From a virus (taxonomy: Duplodnaviria; Caudoviricetes), in the IMG/VR virus record IMGVR_UViG_3300017575_000049, positions 1-57,735 of that record: a stretch of 57,735 nt of DNA; one strand, given 5' to 3'. Made by a program: the position numbers and the translations under genes. Below, piece by piece: positions 48,882-57,735 of this stretch; positions within the stretch are counted from its first letter, which is position 1, and each line of letters starts with the position of its first letter. The notes under the pieces were generated by a model, which saw only the letters and a list, made by a program, of their open reading frames with translations, was not told the origin of the DNA and ran no database searches.

Positions 48882-51871
48882 TGTGGCAGGCCCTCCATGT
48901 GGCCTGCATCATCGAGCACACGCAGTAGGGCTAACTTTGCAAGCTCCCGGTCCATGTAGTTGTGCTTGGGTGTAAGCACCGCCCAGGTGTCTGCATCGGT
49001 CCCATCGCGGTCAAACGCGGTTGTGTCGAACAACCCATGGCACCGACTGCTGGGGAACGCAGTCCCATCGTCAGGGAAGAACGCATCCAGTGTGTCGAGA
49101 ATGTCAAATCGGACATCAGACAGCGTCGTGGGCTCCAGTATTTCATCCCACTCAACGGCATCACGGGGGAACCGTTCGGGTGGATACTCCGATTCAAGCC
49201 GTCGTTCCAGTGCAATACTGGCAACGTCTACTGGCTCTTTCTTCCGGATTCCCTCTGCATACATATGTAGCCCGGTGATGCCCCACCCCCGGACAACAAG
49301 TGGTGCATCAGACTCCGTGCGCCTCGAACGCCTGGGCTGTGCATCGCCAGCACCGGGCAGATGGACAGCACCGGACTGTGCAGTCTCACGGCTAACCAGC
49401 GCCAGTCGGTCATATTGTTTCGGGCTAAACGAGGTGTGACTATCAAGTGTACCACAGAACTGCCCCATCGCAGTCTCTTCAACATACCCACTCTCACCAC
49501 GGAACAGCGTGTGGTACGTTGCTAACTGGTCACTCTCATCCACAAAGACACAGTCCGATTCAGTCAGCTCACTCAGCTGGGCTGTCTCGGTGGTCACGCT
49601 GGTCGGGCACCCATCATCAGTCGGCTCATACAGCCACCCGCTGTGTTCATTGTAGACCTGTGCAACGTCATAGACTGTCACCGTCGGGTCTGGAAGACTG
49701 TCCAGTGCTTCGTCTGTGCTCTCGTATATCCGGTCGGCCGATGCGAGGTATTCATAGACATAGCCGGGGACAACTGCATAGCCAATGCCAAACTGGACCT
49801 GGTCACCACCAGCGGATGCGGAGTGCTCGCTCTGGTCGTAAATGACCAGCCTATCGATGGTATGCAGGTCTATCAACTGACCCCCATTCTCACCGTCGAA
49901 CAGCTCGTAGACCGATGCAGACTCCCGCGTGAGAAAGTACTTGGATTGGCCGGCCCCAGTCCGAATCTTGATGTTTCGCTTTGCGGGGTCAAGCCCATCA
50001 GCATCATCGGCGAAGACAGATGTCGATGTGCGACCACCGGACGCGCCCGTGCCAGACGTCCGGTTCCGTCGGTCGAGACTGGCAACCGGGTGGTCTGCAC
50101 CAATAGCATCGTAGGTGTCCACAATGTCATAGAGCGAAAGCTCCTTCAACAGTGACCAGCCAAATGCCTCTGCATAGGTATCGTACGACTCGACATGAAC
50201 AACTACGTTGTCCGGATGCAGGGCCCAGGCAAGCCGAACCTTGTCTGCAGACCCGAGCGACTTGGCCATGTACACTGTCCCCTCGCTACCAACATCCTGT
50301 AACACCTGCTGGATATCGACACTGGTGCGGTTGCGTTTCAGCGAGATAGATTGTGCCGAGTTATATCGCGGTGCCAGTCCAACGGTTTCACTGACAAACT
50401 TGAGCTGGGTCGCGGTTGTCGAATCAAGGGTGACACCAAGCGCAGATGCAATCCCCGACAGTATCTTTTCTGGACTGGCATGCTTGAATCGGGGTCCAAA
50501 GTCGTCGGCTGCCTTCCGGAAGAGCGTCAGCTCGGCATCGGAAAACGACTGCAGGGCAACGACACCATCGGCCGATAACTGCTCGAACAGTGTGACTGCC
50601 TGCTGGCGATACTGCTCACGCAGCTGGTCGGCGACCGCTGCATAGAACTCCACATAGCCGTTTTCCAGTCGGTCCTTGTCATCAACCGGTGGTGGCATCA
50701 CGACATCGTCGCCGAGGCGGTCTTTCCGAACGTACATCTCCTGCTGGGCCGGCTCAAGACTCTGGTAGGCCGGACGTTCAAGTGGTATCTCTCCGGTGTG
50801 GTCGACATCATCACAGGTGCACTGGTAGACAGGCCCGTTCTCCATCTTCAGCCGTAGGTCAAATGCCCACGGTGCCTCGCGAGTATGATGGTTGTAGCGA
50901 GTGTCCTTGGACTCAATAGGCTGACTTACCAGATACATCGATGTGTCGCGAGATCGCGGTGGCGCAGACACAGCCTCGACGTATGCATCCTCGTACGCGA
51001 TGGTCGGCTGTGAATCAGCTATCTGGTCGGCCAGTGACTGATGGCCCCATTCTTCACACTGGTCAGGCATGAGCTGGCCGTTTGCGTCATACTCGATGTA
51101 GACAATATCAACGTAGTAGCCCCGCTGGAGCCGGTCAATCTCATCAAAGATATCCAGGTCGTGAACCTCCTGTGTCACCGCCGGAAACCGAAAAGTCGTC
51201 CCATGGCCAGTGCGAAGCCCATCAAGGTCGTTCATCCCGGTGATGCGCATCCGTTCTCCGTAGTTGGCTCCGTCCTGCAGTGACTGGGTGTGCCATTCAA
51301 ACTCACCCTGCTTGCCAACCGGCATGAAGCCAGACATCAACCCCTGCCCAAACTGGCCCAGGTCGGCGCCGTTACTGTGTGAGCCAGAGAGCCCAACCTC
51401 CTCGACCAGCTGGAACTCATCAACCGAGATACCGATGCCGTTGTCCGAGGTGACCACATCGGCCCGCCCGGCCTCCTTGTGTGAGTAGGCAATCTCGATA
51501 ACTGCGTTGTAGCCACAGTGGGTATCTGCCATCTCAAGCACAGCCAGTGGTTCAAGCTCGGCTACCTCGTCGGCGTCGAACCCAGCCTCGGTCCGCAGTA
51601 AGTAGCGCCCAGCACGAATGCACGCGGTCTGGTGGTTGGAAATGTACTCCCGGAGCCACGCAATGACCGAGTCATACCGGAAGGCGAATCGCTCGCCTGT
51701 CCGCCGGGGGTCGTACCCGAACGACCGGTGGGCATCGTCACCGTAGGCCTGCTTGATTGGGTGGTCGCCATCTGCAACGTTCACCCGTGATTCGACAACA
51801 TCGGTCGGTGTGCGGTACGTCTCTGGGTCGAACGTATCATCAGCATCGTCGTCAATCTCTGGTTGCGACAT
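48878..51871 (-). CDS. GHKL (Hsp90/MORC-type) ATPase protein, rIIA-like architecture
   Basis: REYISN, DNGIGI, GQFGQG and GTT motifs at the N-terminus of 997 aa. Confidence 0.75.
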   Translation of the reverse strand: MSQPEIDDDADDTFDPETYRTPTDVVESRVNVADGDHPIKQAYGDDAHRSFGYDPRRTGERFAFRYDSVIAWLREYISNHQTACIRAGRYLLRTEAGFDADEVAELEPLAVLEMADTHCGYNAVIEIAYSHKEAGRADVVTSDNGIGISVDEFQLVEEVGLSGSHSNGADLGQFGQGLMSGFMPVGKQGEFEWHTQSLQDGANYGERMRITGMNDLDGLRTGHGTTFRFPAVTQEVHDLDIFDEIDRLQRGYYVDIVYIEYDANGQLMPDQCEEWGHQSLADQIADSQPTIAYEDAYVEAVSAPPRSRDTSMYLVSQPIESKDTRYNHHTREAPWAFDLRLKMENGPVYQCTCDDVDHTGEIPLERPAYQSLEPAQQEMYVRKDRLGDDVVMPPPVDDKDRLENGYVEFYAAVADQLREQYRQQAVTLFEQLSADGVVALQSFSDAELTLFRKAADDFGPRFKHASPEKILSGIASALGVTLDSTTATQLKFVSETVGLAPRYNSAQSISLKRNRTSVDIQQVLQDVGSEGTVYMAKSLGSADKVRLAWALHPDNVVVHVESYDTYAEAFGWSLLKELSLYDIVDTYDAIGADHPVASLDRRNRTSGTGASGGRTSTSVFADDADGLDPAKRNIKIRTGAGQSKYFLTRESASVYELFDGENGGQLIDLHTIDRLVIYDQSEHSASAGGDQVQFGIGYAVVPGYVYEYLASADRIYESTDEALDSLPDPTVTVYDVAQVYNEHSGWLYEPTDDGCPTSVTTETAQLSELTESDCVFVDESDQLATYHTLFRGESGYVEETAMGQFCGTLDSHTSFSPKQYDRLALVSRETAQSGAVHLPGAGDAQPRRSRRTESDAPLVVRGWGITGLHMYAEGIRKKEPVDVASIALERRLESEYPPERFPRDAVEWDEILEPTTLSDVRFDILDTLDAFFPDDGTAFPSSRCHGLFDTTAFDRDGTDADTWAVLTPKHNYMDRELAKLALLRVLDDAGHMEGLPQ

Positions 51872-52056
51872 TGTACAGGTAGCTGTATGCGGACCACATA
51901 CTTAATTCTAATGCAAGAAATGTATATGGCATACCTGATTGTTGGTAGTTAGTATATCACTATATTGATATAGTATATACCAGCGTTCAGACAGATATGG
52001 CTGGAGTGGCACCGCTCTCACTGCTGTGGTGGCCCGTCAAAAAATCGAGTGGGAGA

Positions 52057-53247
52057 TTACCGGTACAGCTCGTCCAGCGTCCGGTAGACGTGGTCAGGCA
52101 CCTTTGCACTCGACTTGGTCGAGTTGATAGCCGTCCAGCGCTCAGCGCGCTGGGACGCACTGGGTGCATCGAAAAACACATCTCGGGGGTCAGCACGGAA
52201 TGTGTCCTCCCGGTGTGAGAGCTCGTGCAGCGCAGCGTGGTCATACTGCGTAAAGTGCATCTCGTCGATGACCCACGATGCCACACTGTAGGTGGCAGCG
52301 ATAGTGTGCTTGCCAAGCCCGTGCTTGTGGACCAGTCCCGAGACCGGGTCCTTGAATGCCTGCACCGATGTCTCGTGGGCATTGGTAGCCAGCCCAGCAA
52401 ACTGACTGGCTGCCCCGGTCGCGTTCTTGATTGAGCCAATCGCACGGGCCTGGAACCCATCAACACCGATAAACTCCGAGGGGTACGATAGTATCAGTAG
52501 CGTGACGAGGAACTCCTGCTCGCGAGCAGACAGGGTGTACTCCGTGCCCAGTATGTCGAACACCGCCTCCGTGCTGGTAGGGATGGACAGGGTGACCAGC
52601 TGGTGGTCGTCGTCGAGCAGGGTGCCGGTCGGCGTATAACTCTCCATCTCATCGACGAGATAGTTGGATGCATCATCGGTGACCCGAACGTTGCCGATGC
52701 GGGCCTCCAGCCGGTCGGCATCGAACGTCGCTGGCAGTGCATCGATAATCGGCGCGATGCGCTCCGGACGGATGCGGTCGGCCACCACCTCGGTATAGAT
52801 GTCGAACAATCGGTTGGCCAGTGTGGTCGGCAGCTCGACCGTGTCGGTGCCGACATTGTCGTTCGCCAGCAGGTCAAACACATCTTCGAACACCGGCCCG
52901 CGCTCAGACGGGAGCAGGTCAACTCGCTCGCTCCCCACGGTCAGCTGGACCGTCTCAGCAGTCAGGTCCAGGTCCAGCCTGACAGCAGCGCTGGCAGGGT
53001 CAAGCAACGAATCATCGCCTGACCCATCAGGGAACGCCTCCCCATGGAAGGTGAGCAAGAAGTCGTTAGCCTCAAGCAGCCCAGCATCAGCCTCGAACAG
53101 GGCGCTGTTCTTGGTGGTCGCTGGCTCGATAGCCGTGGTCCCGTCACTGTACTCGACAAAGTACGAGCGACTTCGGTTCTCCAGTATCTCTGCATCGACC
53201 AGCTCGGACAGTGTCCGGTCTGATTCAAGTCGGTCCAGGTTTGACAT
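52057..53247 (-). CDS. Hypothetical protein
   Basis: Acidic ORF of ~396 aa; start set by promoter spacing. Confidence 0.7.
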   Translation of the reverse strand: MSNLDRLESDRTLSELVDAEILENRSRSYFVEYSDGTTAIEPATTKNSALFEADAGLLEANDFLLTFHGEAFPDGSGDDSLLDPASAAVRLDLDLTAETVQLTVGSERVDLLPSERGPVFEDVFDLLANDNVGTDTVELPTTLANRLFDIYTEVVADRIRPERIAPIIDALPATFDADRLEARIGNVRVTDDASNYLVDEMESYTPTGTLLDDDHQLVTLSIPTSTEAVFDILGTEYTLSAREQEFLVTLLILSYPSEFIGVDGFQARAIGSIKNATGAASQFAGLATNAHETSVQAFKDPVSGLVHKHGLGKHTIAATYSVASWVIDEMHFTQYDHAALHELSHREDTFRADPRDVFFDAPSASQRAERWTAINSTKSSAKVPDHVYRTLDELYR

Positions 53248-53404
53248 CAACCTATCATATGCACTCAACTAACTTAGTTCTAATGCAAGATGCCCATCTA
53301 CCTGTCAGTGACACACCAGTGCATACAGGGTACCAACACGTATGCAGGATAGCCTCGTAGTAGCTTGCGTTAGAGTTACATTCGTGGGTCACCTACAATG
53401 CAGT

Positions 53405-54106
53405 ATGTCGCACGACCCAGACGCGTTCGACCCCGAGCAGTTCGCCCAGGTGCTCGATGGAACACTCATCCCTGGTGCTGCACAGGGGGCCGTCGAGACC
53501 GGCCCCGATACCCATGATTCAGACCGCCACATGGTCTGTGACCGCTGCTCGGCTGGCATTCCGTTTCGGGCCACCCAGCGGGTGGGGATGTACTGGTCAG
53601 ATACCATCATCAACACCGGCATCAGCACCGCCAATGTGTCGAACACGCGCTCGGGGCTGGTTCCGCTTGCCACGCACTGTGCATCCTGTGCCACCAATCG
53701 GCTGCTGTTCCCGTGTGCATACGCAAGCGAATATCGTATTCGGGCAACACTGGGCGATAGTGGCATCCTCCACGATGTCGAGGTCACCGATAGTGCACCA
53801 GTCGATGACGGTATCCCCTGGCCCCCCGAAGCGCTGGTCGGAGAAATGATGCCGTCTGGGGCCTCAGCCAGCGAGTTCTTCCAGACCCTGCGGGTAGATG
53901 GTGAGCCAGATATCTACGGTCCAGAGGATATCATCGTCGTGCTGCTCGAGACCGCCAACGTCGACCCGCGAGAGCTGTATGACTGGGACGGTACCGTTGA
54001 TGAACTGTATCTTGGGAAGGCCAAAGGTCGGTTCCGAGCGTTCATCAGTCAGTATGCACAGACCGGTCGCGACCGAGCAGGCTTCCGGCGCTCGACCGAT
54101 TCGTAA
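53405..54106 (+). CDS. Hypothetical zinc-binding protein
   Basis: CDRC...HCASC. Confidence 0.6.
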   Translation: MSHDPDAFDPEQFAQVLDGTLIPGAAQGAVETGPDTHDSDRHMVCDRCSAGIPFRATQRVGMYWSDTIINTGISTANVSNTRSGLVPLATHCASCATNRLLFPCAYASEYRIRATLGDSGILHDVEVTDSAPVDDGIPWPPEALVGEMMPSGASASEFFQTLRVDGEPDIYGPEDIIVVLLETANVDPRELYDWDGTVDELYLGKAKGRFRAFISQYAQTGRDRAGFRRSTDS

Positions 54107-54361
54107 GCCTGTAGGCTGTCAGATAGTCGCACAGTTCGGTAGCCTTTTTATCTCCCACCCACGAACCTGTAGTGTCGGTACCACCTCCGGGAACTGAACA
54201 TTGACGGGGGTTGATTACTGGCAACTGCTGGTCAGTGGGCATCACCACTGACTTTCCATTCATCGTGACCGGCTGGTATCTCACCTGGATTGGGTGGTAC
54301 CCACCAGCCCAGGTCGACCACCACCGGACTGTATCAGCAGAGAATGAAACAGACTGGAATA

Positions 54362-54455
54362 GACAGACAAATTCACCTCCAACTATTCCCTGTTGTGTAC
54401 GACTGTACTACGTGGTAGATACTACACATACTTAACTCATACGGGAATTAGTAGT
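54362..54455 (-). repeat. Copy B of the dispersed element; copy A at 16283-16379
   Basis: Exact 34-bp (54379-54412) and 15-bp (54441-54455) matches; contains TTAAGTA. Confidence 0.9.
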
Positions 54456-54561
54456 GGTAGCTGACACGGAGCCATAGTTGTCGACCGTCACCGAGTCGTG
54501 TGGGCGCGTGATAGTGTCGCCTTGCACTATGATTAAGTATGTGGCTTGCATACAGTGTAGT

Positions 54562-55380
54562 GTGAGCTTTCAGATATCACTGGCTGACCGCGAACCTGGT
54601 CGGCCTGCAATTGTTGTTCCGCCACAGGAACGGACCTACACCACCGACCAGCTGGTCGACATCGCCCGACAGCTCGATAGAGACTGGCAGTCACGGTCCG
54701 GACCATTCGCAGATACTGTCGCACCCGAAGCGCCACACGTTCCCTACCAGGCCGACCCTGAGGTCAGAGCTCGGTTCATCCTGTTCGGTACCGCACTGGA
54801 CTACCAACGTCCGGCCGACGTCCACTGGGCAACTATGCGGTCGATGCTTCGGTCGCACACGACCTTGTTCCGGCCGGGCCATACCGCGCAGTTGTCTCAT
54901 TCAGCTGTGCACACCGCGTGTGCCAGTGCTGGGATGCGGTATCCTGGTGTCGATGCCAGTGCCTGGCAGAACATTGCCCAGCTCATCGATACCCAGTATG
55001 GTGGGAAGGTTTACAATCTTATCCAGGCAGCCCAGTTCAGTGCGCCAGCGCTGCTTCAGCTCCTCCGCGATGAGTCAGTCCCGTACCTGCAGGGTGATAT
55101 GCTCGGACCGATGTTCGTCCGGTATATCGACTCGTATGTGACCACGCTCTGGGGTATCGCTGGGGTTCCACTTCCGCTTGATGCCCAGACCAGGGCACTG
55201 TCTCGCCGTCTGGCCTCGACCGTCGATACTGATGCAGCCATCCGGTCACACTGGTTCGACATCGCGTCACAGGCAACTGTTCCGGTGGTCGAGCTGGGGG
55301 AGCCACTTCGCCGGGTCGCCCAGGACTGGGACCGCTGGGGGGCCGGGTATATTGCCAGTCTATCAGGTGATGACAGATGA
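54562..55380 (+). CDS. HhH-superfamily N-glycosylase-like protein
   Basis: ALDYQR, YGG, PYLQGDMLGPMFVR and PLPLD motifs. Confidence 0.55.
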   Translation: MSFQISLADREPGRPAIVVPPQERTYTTDQLVDIARQLDRDWQSRSGPFADTVAPEAPHVPYQADPEVRARFILFGTALDYQRPADVHWATMRSMLRSHTTLFRPGHTAQLSHSAVHTACASAGMRYPGVDASAWQNIAQLIDTQYGGKVYNLIQAAQFSAPALLQLLRDESVPYLQGDMLGPMFVRYIDSYVTTLWGIAGVPLPLDAQTRALSRRLASTVDTDAAIRSHWFDIASQATVPVVELGEPLRRVAQDWDRWGAGYIASLSGDDR

Positions 55381-56036
55381 GCAAGTCAATTCCCGACTAC
55401 GGTGTCAGCAATACACCCCCCGACCCAGGGAGAATGTACCTTGCTGGCCCCAGGTGTGAGGGGCAGTATCCGTATGCATGGCACCGCTGGGTTGCAGACA
55501 CGACCAGCCTTTCGACCATCAACCCATTTATCGAGACTGATGCATCGTCGGTCGATGCTGACACGGTCGTCGAACACGATTACCTGCTGGTCAGGAGTGC
55601 CGATGTAGTGTTACTCCGCCGTATCGATTCCTACAATCTGTGTGGTGCCAGCTGTGAGGCAGAGCATGCCCGTGCGAACGGTATCCCCGTTATCGTGTGG
55701 AACGATGCCGAGACGGCGGTCCCACTGTTCCTCTCGGGGGTTGCCACCGCTGTTGTCGACTCCCGACGTGGCGCCGTTGAGCTGGCCGAATATATCCATC
55801 AGCTGGATGTCCCCCTGCAACAGCATCTGGTTACCCTCACCGAGACAGCCTGGGAATCACTGGGCACACAGTCTTCGGTCACCGGACAGGTCATCACCGA
55901 CACCGTTGATTCGGTAGTTGCTTCACTGGACGGACTGGGCGACCATGCCACCGCATCACTCGCAAACCTGCTGTGTGCAACCGTTCGTGATAGCACACGC
56001 ACACACATCGAACGTGGTACCGGCCAGCAGAAATAA
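55377..56036 (+). CDS. Nucleoside 2-deoxyribosyltransferase/NMP N-glycosidase-like protein
   Basis: YLAGP, INPF, D...ADVV, GASCE and GIPVIVW motifs. Confidence 0.8.
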   Translation: MSKSIPDYGVSNTPPDPGRMYLAGPRCEGQYPYAWHRWVADTTSLSTINPFIETDASSVDADTVVEHDYLLVRSADVVLLRRIDSYNLCGASCEAEHARANGIPVIVWNDAETAVPLFLSGVATAVVDSRRGAVELAEYIHQLDVPLQQHLVTLTETAWESLGTQSSVTGQVITDTVDSVVASLDGLGDHATASLANLLCATVRDSTRTHIERGTGQQK

Positions 56037-56061
56037 GTACGTCACATACATATACACAGTT

Positions 56062-56382
56062 ATGTCGCAACAGACACAGTCGACTGCGGGAACCGATGCT
56101 GGATTGACCGATACGGTCACCGTTGGTGATTCGCTGTTACTTGATTATGATAGCATCCATGCGGAAGCTGACCGGATTATTCATCGTGGGACCGTCATTG
56201 ATGGGGCACCCCCAGAGTTAGTCGCCATCGAGCACGATGATGGTCGCATCGTCCACCTCGACCAGCGGGGACTGGTCTTCACCAGTACGGCGACCAAGCG
56301 AATCCTCGGGACCGATACCAGGGCGTTCACGCTTGACTCGGTTTCGGTGGCGGATGTGGTCAGTGGTGATGGTCGTGAGTAG
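56062..56382 (+). CDS. Hypothetical protein
   Basis: ATG after TAAGTA/CATAT promoter. Confidence 0.55.
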   Translation: MSQQTQSTAGTDAGLTDTVTVGDSLLLDYDSIHAEADRIIHRGTVIDGAPPELVAIEHDDGRIVHLDQRGLVFTSTATKRILGTDTRAFTLDSVSVADVVSGDGRE

Positions 56383-56665
56383 TGTTGTACACACGGTGGT
56401 TCCTGAGTGGATTACACCGGAGGATATTTTCGAGTATCACTGTGGGGGGGTGTTGGTCACCCTGTTTCCTGGCTTTCGATTCAGCGTTATCGATGACGAA
56501 TACGATGTTCCGCGGGCGCACACATTCAAAATTTACCGGGTGAGCGATGCTGGTATCACATATCTCCAGTACACCGAAGGCGATATGCGACGACGGCGCA
56601 GTGATGACCCGACGCGGTTTGGAACTCAGCCACTTGCGCATCCGATGTATCCGGTTCAGGTCTGA
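56375..56665 (+). CDS. Hypothetical protein
   Basis: GTG start overlapping the upstream gene. Confidence 0.45.
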   Translation: MSSVVHTVVPEWITPEDIFEYHCGGVLVTLFPGFRFSVIDDEYDVPRAHTFKIYRVSDAGITYLQYTEGDMRRRRSDDPTRFGTQPLAHPMYPVQV

Positions 56666-56982
56666 GTCAGCACTGACGCCGTTCGATACAGGTGGCCTGG
56701 ATTACAATCAGGCGCGTTTCTCACAGACCATTGTATACAATGGAATCGGTGGGGTGCGAACCAGCCATCGGTGGGGTGCCAGACGGATGCGCAGTAGGCG
56801 CCAGATTGGTGTGTGTAACGTTTCGTCGAGAATTTTCGCCCTCACCCACTCACATCAGACATCGAACCCATGGTAGCCGACTGTGCGTCGTTGACGAGTC
56901 CAATCCGCTGGCGGATTCACTTGCAGAGACGACGTCGGATGCAGATGCTGGTGAGGGTCATCTCGAGGCTGATGCAGGTGGG

Positions 56983-57579
56983 ATGATCGATGCGCGCTCG
57001 GTCAAGCCATACGATGTGCCGGTATCGGGTGGGCCTGAGAGCTCAGGACCCCCATCGGACCGTGTCTGTGCACAGGAGTTACTTCCAGGCCGGCATCGGC
57101 TGGCCCATCTTGACCTGGACCTGTTGTGCTCGGCTGTGTTGCACGGCACGCTTGAGGCGGTTGACCTGACGGCTATCGATACAGACGAGGCGACGGCGAC
57201 GTTGTCGGCGCCCAACGCGCCTGGGGGTGAGACACTGACTGATACTGTGACTGGGCCTGATGGGTCGACAACGTCGGTCACGTACGAGCGCATCCCTGGG
57301 CAGTGGCGACAGTATTCGAACTCGTGGCTCCGCGAGGAGGTGGCTCGCTTGCTCAGGGCAGCCCACCATGTGGCGGTTCCGGACGACCTGCGGGCAGTAT
57401 TCGTTCTGGAGAGTCGCCAGATTCTGGCGCTACTCACGGCACGGGCTCGGCATGCACTGGACTACGAGCCGACCGGCGATGCGACTGAGCCGTTACGGGG
57501 TGGGTCCGGTACGGGCTCAGACCTGACTCCCGAGCAGGCAGCCCGGTTCGGCCCGACGGCATTCGGGGTTGACCGGTGA
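56983..57579 (+). CDS. Hypothetical protein
   Basis: Open frame from 56692; true start uncertain. Confidence 0.45.
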   Translation: MIDARSVKPYDVPVSGGPESSGPPSDRVCAQELLPGRHRLAHLDLDLLCSAVLHGTLEAVDLTAIDTDEATATLSAPNAPGGETLTDTVTGPDGSTTSVTYERIPGQWRQYSNSWLREEVARLLRAAHHVAVPDDLRAVFVLESRQILALLTARARHALDYEPTGDATEPLRGGSGTGSDLTPEQAARFGPTAFGVDR

Positions 57580-57600
57580 CCGCCTGACTGGCACCCAACC

Positions 57601-57735
57601 CAGAACGGGTCGGCGCGCAGAACGGGTCGGGCCCCAGAACGGGTCGGGCTCCAGAACGGGTCGGGCCCCAGAATGGGTCGGGCCCCAGAATGGGTTGGGC
57701 CCCAGAATGGGTCGGACCCCAGAACGGGTCGGACC
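57601..57735. repeat. 17-bp tandem repeat, 8 copies (last one truncated) to window end
   Basis: Consensus CAGAAYGGGTCGGGCCC. Confidence 0.95.

Noticed and set aside
57601-57735. CRISPR array
   Set aside because: Head-to-tail repeats with no spacers.

Overview
This window is most of the genome of a haloarchaeal tailed virus with a contractile tail (myovirus-type, Caudoviricetes); the proteome is strongly acidic. Terminase and portal are not visible, and the first ORF is cut by the left edge. Positions 1-23.4 kb (+) form a colinear morphogenesis operon: multidomain prohead/scaffold protein, decoration protein, HK97-fold capsid, neck, sheath, tube, chaperone with a probable -1 frameshift, tape measure, baseplate, fibre/adhesin and three membrane genes. 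Positions 23.4-57.7 kb hold replication, nucleotide-metabolism and early genes: exonuclease, Hjc, PolB, class II RNR, NMP-kinase-like, helicase-like NTPase, HNH-repeat proteins, tyrosine integrase, GHKL ATPase, HhH glycosylase-like and NDT-like proteins. The window ends in a 17-bp tandem array. The most unusual signals are non-coding. They are a ~290-nt structured tRNA-Ala-like element around the probable attP next to the integrase, two further D-armless tRNA mimics, a promoter-containing element duplicated in inverted orientation 38 kb apart, and a GTCGCA motif just before ten start codons. Several enzymes also appear catalytically degenerate. All family assignments and structures were made by eye and from memory; no database search or folding program was run.
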